Source: an uncultured delta proteobacterium (GTDB lineage Bacteria > Desulfobacterota > Desulfuromonadia > Geobacterales > DSM-12255). Taken from it: a DNA stretch of 64,000 nucleotides. The notes under the pieces are model-generated. The model did no database searches. It had not been told where the DNA came from and saw nothing but the letters and a program-made list of their open reading frames with translations. The stretch spans positions 192,001-256,000 of the forward strand of contig CAWBBV010000011.1 in NCBI GenBank assembly GCA_963787125.1. Reading direction: 5' to 3'. Within the stretch, counting starts at the first letter, position 1; every line of letters starts with the position of its first letter. Positions 30,128 to 40,416 of the stretch are shown piece after piece. The position numbers and the translations under genes were made by a program.

Positions 30128-32620
30128 TCACTGCGGGCTGCCGGCGGCAGTCTTTGTAATGACCTCTACTTGCAAAGGCCTGATCGTATCAAGATGAACG
30201 TCACGCTGCGGGTAGGCAATAACGATCCCCTCAGCAGACAGTTGCTTCTCGATCATCGTTCTCAAGTCACTGGCAATGACCCGCGGATCGCCCCCAGCAT
30301 CAAGGGCAAGCCAATAAAACAGGCCGAACAGCAGAGCATCACTGGCAAAGTCATCAAGCGTCGCTATCGGTTTCGGCTCTTTCAGTACCTGTTCGTGACT
30401 GGAGGCTACCTGAAGCAATTGCTTCTTTACCATTGCGATGTCGGAACCATAGGCGACACCAACGGTGACACTGTACCTGACCTGATGTGTAGAATACGTC
30501 CAGTTTGTGACATTTTTTTCAACAAAAGTGCTGTTCGGGATCAATGTCTCAATGCCGGTAACATCGCGAATGGTACTCGAACGGATACCGATACTGGTAA
30601 CCCTGCCACGAATACCATCAACATCGACCAAATCACCAATCCTGAAGGGGCGTTCGGCAAGCAGCATCATCCCGCTCATCAGGTTCTTCATCAGAACCTG
30701 CATGCCGAAACCGACCCCGATAGCTATGGCACCCCCAAGAAAAGCAAAAGCTGTCAGCGGAATTCTGACAAGATTCAGACTGGAAAGAAGCAGTATTATC
30801 AGTATTCCTGCCATTGCCCACCTTCGGGCAAGCATTGCAGTACTCTCCTGAATATCATAGCGCGCCACAATGTAGCGAACGATCTTCTTTGTGACTTTAG
30901 CGCTGGCAATATAACCGAATATCAGGATCAACAGGGCGATCATCAGTTTGCCAACGGTAATCCCCCGCTTTCCTCTGACCTCTCTGCCGTCAACTACGAC
31001 GATGTCCTCTGTGGTAAAAAGCTCATATTTCCAGAGATTGCTTAATTGTTCAAATATGACAACCTTCCAGTATTTGAACTTGGCATCGGCTGCCGCTTTT
31101 TTTGTAGACTCCGAATATTGATCTCGCAATCGGACGAAAATGCTTTTTACCGCTTCTACTTCCCGAATCTTTATCAGCAGAAGTTTTTCACGAAGTTGGT
31201 AAAGTTCGATTAATCGTCTGGTGCTATCCTGCTCCGCGTCAATTTCCGGCTGTGCAAGCAGCGACTCTCTTTCGTTAAGCTGGCGCAGGACAAGCTTGAG
31301 ACCTGCCTCGGATGACTGTCCCAAACGGTCAAGTTCGGCAATGACTTTCGGCAGGAGGCTCACGATACTACGAATACTGCTTACATTTTTTTGCGTTTCA
31401 GCCGTATATCTCATCTCCCAGATCAGTAGTTCAAGGCGATTAAGATCCAGGAGGTCCTGGTATACCTCTATTTTCAGATTACTGTTCTCAAGCTCCTCTT
31501 GGAAAAGGGTTTCACGAACTTTAATTGTGTTGTCTTTTTTGGAGGCGGCAGCACCGGTAATTTCGCCTAAAACTATTTGTCGCTCTTCAAGCGTTTTTCG
31601 CCCCTTTATCAGAGTTTTTTTCCTAAGGGATTGATTCTCGGCCAGAGCTTTTTCAACCTCCAGTTCAAACAGTCGCTTTCGCCCTTCAAGTCGTTCTTTG
31701 ATATTTTTTAAATCATTTTCGGTAAAGCTTGAATCTTTTGAGGCGACCTCCAGCCTTTTCTCAAGAAAAGCAAATTCTTGTCTGGCGACAAGTAGTTCCT
31801 CAACTGCACGTTTTTGTGCTGCCTGGAGAGAACTAAATGTTGTGGCATGCACTTTGCGGCTCAGGTCAGTGAGCCCTTTTTGCCATTCAAGTGAGACCAC
31901 CACGGTTGGGTCTGACTCCTTTTCAATCTCTTCTGCCAGTTTCCGCTGCCGCTCCTCCGCCTTTTTCAAGCTATCCGCGGCATTCTTGATTTTTACAGCT
32001 ATGACATCAACGGCAATCTCGGCATCCTTTACCCGGTAAAAGCCGACCTGTACCTGCTCTCGCAGGCCTTCTATCATCATTACCGAGTATGGCGGCTTTT
32101 CTTTGAATCTGACACCTTCAGCGACCCGTTTATCCAGCTCCTTTCTTTTTTGATGCCAGGTCGCAATGTTTTCCAGTTCTGTAAGTTGTCTGTCATAGTT
32201 TCGAGTGAGCATTCTAAGGAGGAAGCGTCTGCGAAAAAGTTCGTGCTCCGGAGTTCCAGGAGGTGCGCCTATTGCCAGACCACCCGGACTGTCAATTTTG
32301 TCAAAATCAGCCTTGGCAGCTTTGAGAAGTTCTTTCAGTCGTTCCGGTTCATTTTCATTTTTTAAAGGGGCTGCAGCTATTACACTATTTTCTGGGAGTA
32401 CAACTCCAGGGAGACCAGGTATGCGTGCTGCATAAAGAGGCGAAGCAGGTAAGAGCGCGGCAAGCAGGGTTATCAGCAAATGGCAGGATATGTTCTGGAC
32501 GTTTCTGGTAAAAATTAACTTCGTTAGCCAACTGATCCTGTTTATCAAAGTTATGATTAATATAAACCGACAATACATCAAAGGTCTCTCCCTCTCACAC
32601 ATTTCTGTCAAGTATTCCAC
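30128..32620 (-). CDS. Large MscS-family mechanosensitive channel
   Basis: Periplasmic coiled coil; GVGFG, ERPFRIGD, IPNS, VGVAYGSD, YPQRDVH; true start uncertain. Confidence 0.9.
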   Translation of the reverse strand: MEYLTEMCERERPLMYCRFILIITLINRISWLTKLIFTRNVQNISCHLLITLLAALLPASPLYAARIPGLPGVVLPENSVIAAAPLKNENEPERLKELLKAAKADFDKIDSPGGLAIGAPPGTPEHELFRRRFLLRMLTRNYDRQLTELENIATWHQKRKELDKRVAEGVRFKEKPPYSVMMIEGLREQVQVGFYRVKDAEIAVDVIAVKIKNAADSLKKAEERQRKLAEEIEKESDPTVVVSLEWQKGLTDLSRKVHATTFSSLQAAQKRAVEELLVARQEFAFLEKRLEVASKDSSFTENDLKNIKERLEGRKRLFELEVEKALAENQSLRKKTLIKGRKTLEERQIVLGEITGAAASKKDNTIKVRETLFQEELENSNLKIEVYQDLLDLNRLELLIWEMRYTAETQKNVSSIRSIVSLLPKVIAELDRLGQSSEAGLKLVLRQLNERESLLAQPEIDAEQDSTRRLIELYQLREKLLLIKIREVEAVKSIFVRLRDQYSESTKKAAADAKFKYWKVVIFEQLSNLWKYELFTTEDIVVVDGREVRGKRGITVGKLMIALLILIFGYIASAKVTKKIVRYIVARYDIQESTAMLARRWAMAGILIILLLSSLNLVRIPLTAFAFLGGAIAIGVGFGMQVLMKNLMSGMMLLAERPFRIGDLVDVDGIRGRVTSIGIRSSTIRDVTGIETLIPNSTFVEKNVTNWTYSTHQVRYSVTVGVAYGSDIAMVKKQLLQVASSHEQVLKEPKPIATLDDFASDALLFGLFYWLALDAGGDPRVIASDLRTMIEKQLSAEGIVIAYPQRDVHLDTIRPLQVEVITKTAAGSPQ

Positions 32621-32782
32621 TGGTTTAACTAATTAGCAAGTATCTGAATTCAGCCAAGCATAAAAAACTTTTTAACGCCGTCAATCCTCGACGAAAGCTG
32701 TGCCTATAATCGCTCATTGCGCTTAACCTCTGCCTATGGTATATGAATCTATCTGAATTTATTAGAAAAGAGCGTACACAAC

Positions 32783-34069
32783 ATGAAATTTTCCGAACTC
32801 TCCCTGCCGGAAACTCTCCGCAAAGGAATTGAAAGCGCCGGCTTTACCGACTGCACCCCTATCCAGGAGAAGACTCTCCCTATCACTCTGACCGGCAAAG
32901 ATATCGCCGGTCAGGCACAAACCGGCACCGGCAAGACCGCTGCCTTTCTCATCACCCTCTTCGCTAGACTGCTCGCCCAGGAGCGCCCTGGCGGCCCTCA
33001 CCATCCGCGAGCCCTGATCCTCGCCCCGACCCGCGAACTGGTTGTGCAAATTGAAAAAGATGCCCAGCAACTCGGCGAGCAGTGTGGCTTTACCATTCAG
33101 GCAATCTACGGCGGCGTCGATTACATGCTCCAGAAGAACGCCCTGCGTGCCGGAGCAGACGTCATAATCGGCACGCCTGGTCGACTTATCGATTACCTGA
33201 AGCAAAAGGTCTATTCCCTCAGCCATATCGAAGTCCTGGTAATTGATGAGGCTGACCGGATGTTCGATATGGGCTTTATTGCTGATCTCCGCTTTATTCT
33301 CCGGCGCCTCCCGGGCTATGACAAACGGCAGAACCTGATGTTTTCCGCCACCCTTAATCAACGGGTAATGGAACTTGCCTACGAGTTCATGAATCTGCCG
33401 GTAAAGGTTGAAGTCTCTCCGGAACAGATGACGGCCGAGAAGGTTGAGCAGTTGATCTATCATGTTGCCCGAAAGGACAAGTTTCCTCTTTTGCTCGGTC
33501 TGCTCAGGAAGATGGGCATTTCGCGGACAATGATCTTTATTAACACCAAGCGCGAGGGGGAGTACCTCCAGGATCGTCTCAACGGTAACGACTTCCACTG
33601 CCGCATTATCTCCGGCGATGTGGAGCAGAAGAAGCGACTGCGGATCCTCGAGGACTTCAAAAGCGGCAAACTGCCGATCATGATAGCAACCGATGTTGCT
33701 TCCCGCGGACTCCATATCGATGGGGTATCGCACGTCATCAACTATGATCTGCCCCAGGATGCCGAAGACTATGTCCACAGAATAGGCAGGACAGCCAGGG
33801 CTGGAGCAGAAGGGATAGCAATTTCTCTGGCGGATGAGGATGGCGCTTTTTACCTTGAAGCAATCCATGAATACATCAAAGAGAAAATTCCTGTCGAGTG
33901 GGCAGAGGATGATCTGTTTGTCAGGGATTACAAAAGAATAAAACCTAACCTGAAAAAGTTGGAAAGCCGACCTCATGGTGGGCTCAAAACAACAGAAACT
34001 GCTACCACAAAACGCCGTCACCCACCTAGCGGCAGAAAACCGGTTAACTCCCCGAAGAAGACTCCCTGA
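32783..34069 (+). CDS. rhlB: DEAD-box RNA helicase (RhlB-like)
   Basis: AQTGTGKT, PTREL, DEAD, SAT, HRIGRTAR. Confidence 0.88.
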   Translation: MKFSELSLPETLRKGIESAGFTDCTPIQEKTLPITLTGKDIAGQAQTGTGKTAAFLITLFARLLAQERPGGPHHPRALILAPTRELVVQIEKDAQQLGEQCGFTIQAIYGGVDYMLQKNALRAGADVIIGTPGRLIDYLKQKVYSLSHIEVLVIDEADRMFDMGFIADLRFILRRLPGYDKRQNLMFSATLNQRVMELAYEFMNLPVKVEVSPEQMTAEKVEQLIYHVARKDKFPLLLGLLRKMGISRTMIFINTKREGEYLQDRLNGNDFHCRIISGDVEQKKRLRILEDFKSGKLPIMIATDVASRGLHIDGVSHVINYDLPQDAEDYVHRIGRTARAGAEGIAISLADEDGAFYLEAIHEYIKEKIPVEWAEDDLFVRDYKRIKPNLKKLESRPHGGLKTTETATTKRRHPPSGRKPVNSPKKTP

Positions 34070-34246
34070 CAGAATATTAAGCAGATGCCTTTTTTTTTGC
34101 AAATTACCATGTGTATTCTCTTTTTATTTTAGTCTGCTTATGGTAATTAAGTCAGAGTAAAACTCTGTTTATCTTCAAGCAGTGGGCCGAAGCCATCGGT
34201 GCACTGCTTGGCAGGTGAAATATAAAATTTACTGGAGGTAGTCTGT

Positions 34247-36102
34247 ATGGGGTACGAGGTAACCAATAAGCAACTGCTAAAATGGGTTGAGGAAGTTACG
34301 GCTCTTTGTCAGCCGGCCAGCGTTCACTGGTGCGATGGTTCACAGGCAGAGTATGACAATCTCTGCGATCTTCTGGTGCAGAGCGGCACTTTTAAGAAGC
34401 TTAACGAAACAAAGCGTCCCAACAGTTATCTCGCCTGCTCCGATCCGATTGATGTGGCGCGAGTTGAAGACCGTACCTTCATCTGTTCCCTTTCAAAGCA
34501 TGATGCCGGCCCGACCAATAACTGGATGAATCCGAAAGAGATGAAAGAAAACCTTCACAAACTCTTCAAAGGGTGCATGGAAGGTCGAACCATGTACATC
34601 ATGCCATTCAGCATGGGTCCTTTAGGCTCCAATATCGCCAAGATCGGCGTAGAAATTTCCGATTCCCCTTATGTGGCCGTCAACATGAAAATAATGACTC
34701 GTATGGGCAAACAGGTCATTGATGTTCTTGGCGAAAACGGCGAATTCGTTCCCTGCCTGCATACAGTCGGTGCGCCCCTCAATCCTGGACAAAAAGATGT
34801 CCCCTGGCCGTGCAACAAGGAAAAATATATTGTCCACTTCCCTGAAGAGCGCTCGATTTGGTCGTTCGGCAGCGGTTACGGCGGCAACGCCCTGCTCGGC
34901 AAAAAATGCCTGGCTCTGCGAATCGCTTCCAAGATAGGTTTTGACGAAGGGTGGCTGGCAGAGCATATGCTCATTCTCGGCGTCGAATCACCGACTGGAG
35001 AGAAGACTTATGTCGGCGCTGCATTCCCGAGCGCTTGCGGCAAAACAAACTTCGCCATGCTGATTCCACCCAAACCACTTCAGGACAAAGGGTGGAAGGT
35101 TACCACCATTGGTGATGACATTGCCTGGATCAAACCGGCAGCCGATGGTCAGGTTTATGCCATCAACCCTGAAAACGGTTACTTCGGCGTTGCCCCCGGC
35201 ACCAATTACAAGACCAACCCCAACGCCATGATGTCCTGCGAGAGCCAACTCCATCTTTACCAACGTTGCCCTGACCGAAGATGGCGATGTCTGGTGGGAA
35301 GGGATGACTGACGAAGCTCCTGCCAAACTGACGGATTGGCAGGGACGGCGAATGGACTCCGGGCTGCGGCCGTGTGGCAGCCCACCCCAATTCGCGTTTC
35401 ACCGCTCCGGCCTATCAGTGCCCCTGTATTGATCCTGACTGGGAAAACCCCAAAGGGGTGCCGATCAGTGCCTTCATCTTCGGCGGCCGCCGCAAGGATA
35501 CCGTACCGTTGGTCTACCAGGCCTTCAACTGGAACTTTGGCGTTTATCTGGCCTCCACTCTCGGTTCAGAAACCACAGCTGCTGCTGTCGGCGCTACCGG
35601 CAATGTCCGCCGCGACCCGTTTGCAATGCTCCCCTTCTGCGGCTACCACATGGCTGACTACTTTGCCCACTGGCTGCAGTTCGGCCGCAGTGTGGCCCGT
35701 CCGCCACGTATCTTCAGCGTCAACTGGTTCCTCAAGGATGCAGACGGCAAATTCGCCTGGCCGGGTTACGGCGATAATATGCGGGTCCTCAAGTGGATAG
35801 TCGACCGTGTTCAAGGTCATGCCGGCGCAGTGGAAAGCCCGCTGGGCTGGATGCCACGTTACGAGGATATGGATTGGGACGGGCTGGATATGCCTCGCGA
35901 GAAATTCAACGATCTCATGTCAGTCGACCGCGATGTCTGGCAGAACGAAATCCTTTCCCACGAAGAGCTCTTTGTCAAGATGTATGACCGGCTGCCTAAG
36001 GAGTTCCTCCATATCCGTGAACTGATCCTCTCCAGCCTCTGGCGCTCACCTGAGCACTGGGAACAGATAGGTGATGTTCATCCTGAGGGATGGAACGAGT
36101 AA
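34247..36102 (+). pseudogene. pckG: Phosphoenolpyruvate carboxykinase (GTP) with two +1 frameshifts (pseudogene or sequence error)
   Basis: [15 protein letters not shown]; middle frame [19 protein letters not shown]; last frame [26 protein letters not shown]. Confidence 0.85.
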
Positions 36103-36120
36103 TCTTTTTATCAACAACCA

Positions 36121-36158
36121 AAAGCCCTCCAGCGGAATTCCTCTGGGGGGCTTTTTTT
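36121..36158 (+). terminator. Intrinsic terminator after pckG
   Basis: AAAGCCCTCCAG...CTGGGGGGCTTTTTTT. Confidence 0.75.
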
Positions 36159-36289
36159 AGGATTTCACCATAAATTAATGCTTGCATATAGTAAAACAAT
36201 TTTCTATATTCACCGACACTAGATTCTTGACTAAAAAAGTTGTTCAACGATCATTTGCAAGTTACCACTGCATGAGGAGGTAATTATTT

Positions 36290-37438
36290 ATGGAAAAAAG
36301 GTCTGACGACGAAAGCTTGACCGGCACAGAACAGCATTTTGATTTATCGAGGCAGTTAACAGAGAGAGGGGTTTCACGGCGAGACTTTATGAAATTCTGT
36401 TCCGCCATGTCGGCGGCACTGGCACTGCCGGCGACCTTTGCGCCGAAGATTGCCCAGGCGCTTGATGAGGTGAAAAGGCCGACGCTAGTCTGGTTGGAAT
36501 TCCAGAGCTGTACCGGTGATACTGAAGCGCTGCTACGGGCATCCAGTCCTACTGTGGCCGAAATTATTCTGGACATCCTTTCGGTTGACTATGCTGAGAC
36601 CATAATGGCTGCGGCAGGACATCTTGCAGAGGAGAACCTTGCCAAGGTTGTCAAAACAGAAAAGGGTAAATACATCGCCATAGTCGAAGGCTCCATCCCG
36701 ATGAAGGATGGCGGAATCTACTGCTGTATCGGCGGCAGAACTGCTGTTGACATTTCGAAAGAGGTCTGCGGCAACGCCTTCGCAACAATTGCGGTCGGGA
36801 CCTGTGCTTCATACGGCGGACTGCCGGCAGCTGCACCGAACCCGACCGGCGCTGTCGGTGTAAAAGAGGCAGTTCCCGGGGCAACGGTGCTCAATCTGCC
36901 CGGTTGCCCGTTGAATCCTGACAACCTGACTGCAACGATTGTCCATTTCCTCCTCTTCAAGAAACTCCCTGCAACAGACAGCTTCGGCAGACCGCTGTTT
37001 GCTTATGGCAAGCGGATTCACGACAACTGTGAGCGCCGGGCTCACTTCGACGCAGGACAATATGTCGAGATATGGGGTGATGAAGCACACAGAAAAGGAC
37101 ACTGCCTTTACAAGATGGGGTGCAAGGGGCCTGAAACCTTCCACAACTGTCCGACCCAGAGATACAATGAGAAAACCAGCTGGCCGGTCGCTTCCGGCCA
37201 TGGTTGTGCCGGTTGCTCGCAGCCGCAGTTCTGGGACACTATGACCCCTCTTTACAGACGTCTGCCAAATGTCCCGGGATTCGGCATTGAATCAACTGCT
37301 GACAAGATCGGCCTCGGTCTTGCTGTCGGCACAGCGTCCCTGTTTGCCGGTCACGGCATTGTAAGCGCTCTTCGCGGCGAAGAAAAAATGGAAGGTAAAA
37401 AGAGGGAGGATCTGACAGATGACAAGAATCGTCGTTGA
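36290..37438 (+). CDS. hyaA: [NiFe] uptake hydrogenase small subunit
   Basis: Tat signal SRRDFMK; GTCA, PGCP, HDNC..CLYKMGCKGP; C-terminal TM anchor. Confidence 0.93.
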   Translation: MEKRSDDESLTGTEQHFDLSRQLTERGVSRRDFMKFCSAMSAALALPATFAPKIAQALDEVKRPTLVWLEFQSCTGDTEALLRASSPTVAEIILDILSVDYAETIMAAAGHLAEENLAKVVKTEKGKYIAIVEGSIPMKDGGIYCCIGGRTAVDISKEVCGNAFATIAVGTCASYGGLPAAAPNPTGAVGVKEAVPGATVLNLPGCPLNPDNLTATIVHFLLFKKLPATDSFGRPLFAYGKRIHDNCERRAHFDAGQYVEIWGDEAHRKGHCLYKMGCKGPETFHNCPTQRYNEKTSWPVASGHGCAGCSQPQFWDTMTPLYRRLPNVPGFGIESTADKIGLGLAVGTASLFAGHGIVSALRGEEKMEGKKREDLTDDKNRR

Positions 37439-39119
37439 CCCTATTACCAGGATCGAAGGACACTTACGGATAGAAGCTGAAATCAGCGGCGGCAAGATTG
37501 TCGACGCCTGGGCCGGCGGCACAATGTTCCGCGGCATTGAGAAGATCCTCAAGGGACGAGATCCCCGTGATGCCTGGTACTTCACCCAGCGTTTCTGCGG
37601 TGTCTGCACAACTGTTCATTCCATTGCCTCAGTCCGGGCGGTGGAAAATGCCCTCGGCATCAAGATTCCACCCAATGCAGAGCTTATTCGTAACATTATC
37701 ATGGGTATCCAGAACGTGCAGGATCATGTCATCCATTTTTACCATCTCCATGCGCTCGATTGGGTTGACATCACCTCCGCCCTCAAGGCTGACCCGGTAA
37801 AAACTGCCTCCCTGGCCGCTTCCATTTCCGATTGGCCACTCAACTCCGCCACCTATTTCAAGGGAGTTCAGGACAAGCTGAAAGCCTTTGTCGCCAAAGG
37901 CAGGCTCGGACCTTTTGCCAACGGCTACTGGGGACACTCGGCCATGAAGCTGCCGCCGGAAGCCAACCTGATGGCAACTGCACACTATCTTGAAGCACTT
38001 GAGTGGCAAAAGGATATCATCCGTATTCACGCTATTCTCGGCAGCAAAAATCCGCACCCGCAAACCTTCCTTGTCGGCGGTATGGCAATACCGATCGACC
38101 TGGATTCGCAAAATGCCCTTAATGCGGACAAGTTGGCCGAAATTACCAAGCACCTCAAAAAGGCGAAGGATTTCGTCGAAAAAGTCTATATCCCCGACCT
38201 CCTTGCCATCGCTTCTTTCTACAAGGATTGGGCAGCCATCGGCGGCGGAGTCGGCAACTTCCTCTCCTACGGCGAATTCCCGGATCCTGCCAGTGGGAAA
38301 CAGTTCTTCCCGTCGGGAATCATTCTCGGCAAGGATCTCTCAAAAGTTCACCCGGTTGACCAGAAGAAGGTCGCCGAATATGTCGATCACTCCTGGTTCG
38401 AATATTCGGGCGGCCAAGGGAAAGGCGCCCATCCGTGGGAAGGCGAAACCGAAGCTAAATATACGGGGCCTAAGCCACCTTATAAAAATCTTGATACCGA
38501 CCGTAAGTACTCCTGGGTCAAGGCTCCTCGCTACGAGGAGAAGCCTATGGAAGTTGGCCCACTTGCGAAGCTGCTGGTTGCCTTTGCCTCCGGACACAAG
38601 GAGACCAAGGATGCAGTGACGCTGGTACTCAAACATCTTAACGTGGGCGCAGAAGCTCTTTTCTCAACTCTCGGCAGGACAGCCGCCCGGGGAATAGACT
38701 GTTTGATTACGGCCCAGCAGCTGCCAATTTGGCTGCAGCAGCTTGAGGACAATATTGCCAAGGGCGATCTGCGTATCCATGAACAGTCAAAGTGGGATCC
38801 TTCAACCTGGCCGACTGAGGCCGCCGGTTTTGGCTTGCACGAGGCTCCCCGCGGAGGCCTTGGTCACTGGATCAAGATCAAGGACAAACAGATACTTAAC
38901 TACCAGGCTGTCGTTCCCTCGACCTGGAACGCTTCACCACGTGACCATAAAGGCCAGAGGGGACCTTACGAAGAGGCTCTTATCGGTACACCAATTGCTG
39001 ACCCGAACAGACCAGTAGAGATTCTAAGGACGATTCATTCGTTTGACCCTTGCCTTGCCTGTGCGGTTCATGTTCTTGACGCAACCGGCAACGAAATCGT
39101 CAGAGTCCAGGTCAAATAG
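37419..39119 (+). CDS. hyaB: [NiFe] hydrogenase large subunit
   Basis: RIEGH, QRFCGVC (L1), FDPCLACAVH (L2) with cleavable tail. Confidence 0.96.
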   Translation: MTRIVVDPITRIEGHLRIEAEISGGKIVDAWAGGTMFRGIEKILKGRDPRDAWYFTQRFCGVCTTVHSIASVRAVENALGIKIPPNAELIRNIIMGIQNVQDHVIHFYHLHALDWVDITSALKADPVKTASLAASISDWPLNSATYFKGVQDKLKAFVAKGRLGPFANGYWGHSAMKLPPEANLMATAHYLEALEWQKDIIRIHAILGSKNPHPQTFLVGGMAIPIDLDSQNALNADKLAEITKHLKKAKDFVEKVYIPDLLAIASFYKDWAAIGGGVGNFLSYGEFPDPASGKQFFPSGIILGKDLSKVHPVDQKKVAEYVDHSWFEYSGGQGKGAHPWEGETEAKYTGPKPPYKNLDTDRKYSWVKAPRYEEKPMEVGPLAKLLVAFASGHKETKDAVTLVLKHLNVGAEALFSTLGRTAARGIDCLITAQQLPIWLQQLEDNIAKGDLRIHEQSKWDPSTWPTEAAGFGLHEAPRGGLGHWIKIKDKQILNYQAVVPSTWNASPRDHKGQRGPYEEALIGTPIADPNRPVEILRTIHSFDPCLACAVHVLDATGNEIVRVQVK

Positions 39120-39143
39120 TCTTTTTCGGAGTCTTTTGGAGGT

Positions 39144-39803
39144 GTGAAAATGTCAAAGCTCTCGATAAAGTATGTCTGGGAAGTTCCGGTACGGGTAACC
39201 CACTGGGTAAATGTCCTGGCCATGTCAACTCTCTGCATAACCGGAATATTCATCGGGCATCCGCTGTCAATCGGCGAATCGGCGTCAGCCTATACAATGG
39301 GGTGGATTCGTTTTGTCCACTTCACCGCAGCCTATGTTTTTTCAATCGGCCTGGCTGTCCGGGCTTACTGGTCGTTTGTCGGCAACAAATACAGCAACTG
39401 GCGGGCTTTCTTCCCCTTCCTTAATAAAGCTGACCGGGAGAAAATGATTGCAACTTTCAAGTATTACCTGTTTCTCGACAGGAAACTCCCCCATGTAGTC
39501 GGCCATAATGCTGTCGCCTCTACGGCCTACTTTCTGGCTTTTCTGCTTTATCTCGGCATGATCGTCAGCGGCTTCACCCTATATTCGGAACACGCTCCGA
39601 ACGGAATGATGCACAAATTACTCGGGTGGATAACCACAATCTTCAGTAACCAGTCGCTTCGGCTGCTTCACCACAGCTTCATGTGGCTGCTGATAGGATT
39701 CATGATAAACCATGTTTACAGCTGCTGGCTGATGGACATTAAAGAACGCGGCGGGATTATCTCCAGCATGTTCAGCGGGTATAAGTCCGTAGAGGAGGAT
39801 TAG
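39144..39803 (+). CDS. hyaC: Hydrogenase cytochrome b subunit
   Basis: RVTHW, RFVHF, GHNA, RLLHH, HVY, SSMFSG. Confidence 0.93.
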   Translation: MKMSKLSIKYVWEVPVRVTHWVNVLAMSTLCITGIFIGHPLSIGESASAYTMGWIRFVHFTAAYVFSIGLAVRAYWSFVGNKYSNWRAFFPFLNKADREKMIATFKYYLFLDRKLPHVVGHNAVASTAYFLAFLLYLGMIVSGFTLYSEHAPNGMMHKLLGWITTIFSNQSLRLLHHSFMWLLIGFMINHVYSCWLMDIKERGGIISSMFSGYKSVEED

Positions 39804-39807
39804 CACC

Positions 39808-40293
39808 CTGCGGACACTACTGCTTGGTATCGGTAATATCCTGATGAATGACGATGCAGCCGGAGTTATGGTTGTACAAGCTCTTGCAGAAAAGTTCACC
39901 TTTTCGCAAGACCTTGTTGTTCTGGATGGCGGCACCCTCGGACTTGACATCCTCCCTTTTCTTGAAGGGGTTGACAGACTATTGGTGGTTGATGCAGTTG
40001 AAACAGGCGGAGCGGTCGGCTCGCTTGTCAGGATGACCGGGGACGATATACCACTTGCCCTCGCAACCAAGGTTTCACCACATCAAATGGGACTCAAAGA
40101 CCTTTTACTGGTTGCCGATCTCCAGGGATATGCGCCACCAATCATGGTGCTTTGGGGGGTCCAGCCTGGTTCGATCGAGATGGACATCGAACTGACACCG
40201 GCAGTGGCAGGCGCCGTTGAACTACTCAAAGTGAAGGTACTTGAAGAACTGAAATCCTGGGGGATAACCGCCACTCCCAAATCAAACAGATAA
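39808..40293 (+). CDS. hyaD: Hydrogenase maturation protease (probable CTG start at 39808)
   Basis: LLLGIGNILMNDD, DGGT, VDA, SPHQ. Confidence 0.9.
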   Translation: MRTLLLGIGNILMNDDAAGVMVVQALAEKFTFSQDLVVLDGGTLGLDILPFLEGVDRLLVVDAVETGGAVGSLVRMTGDDIPLALATKVSPHQMGLKDLLLVADLQGYAPPIMVLWGVQPGSIEMDIELTPAVAGAVELLKVKVLEELKSWGITATPKSNR

Positions 40294-40357
40294 TTATAGA
40301 ATTTCTTTGACACAAGCAACAGCGATCTGCTAATTTTCAAACAGATTTTAACTTCAG

Positions 40358-40393
40358 GAAGCCCTGCAATAATAGATTTGCAGGGCTTCTTTT
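40358..40393 (+). terminator. Hairpin after the hydrogenase operon
   Basis: GAAGCCCTGCAA...TTGCAGGGCTTC-TTTT. Confidence 0.6.
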
Positions 40394-40416
40394 GCTGTAA
40401 TCTAGTAGGAGAGTTG

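Noticed and set aside
32762..34102. 446-aa minus-strand ORF
   Set aside because: Antisense shadow of the DEAD-box helicase.
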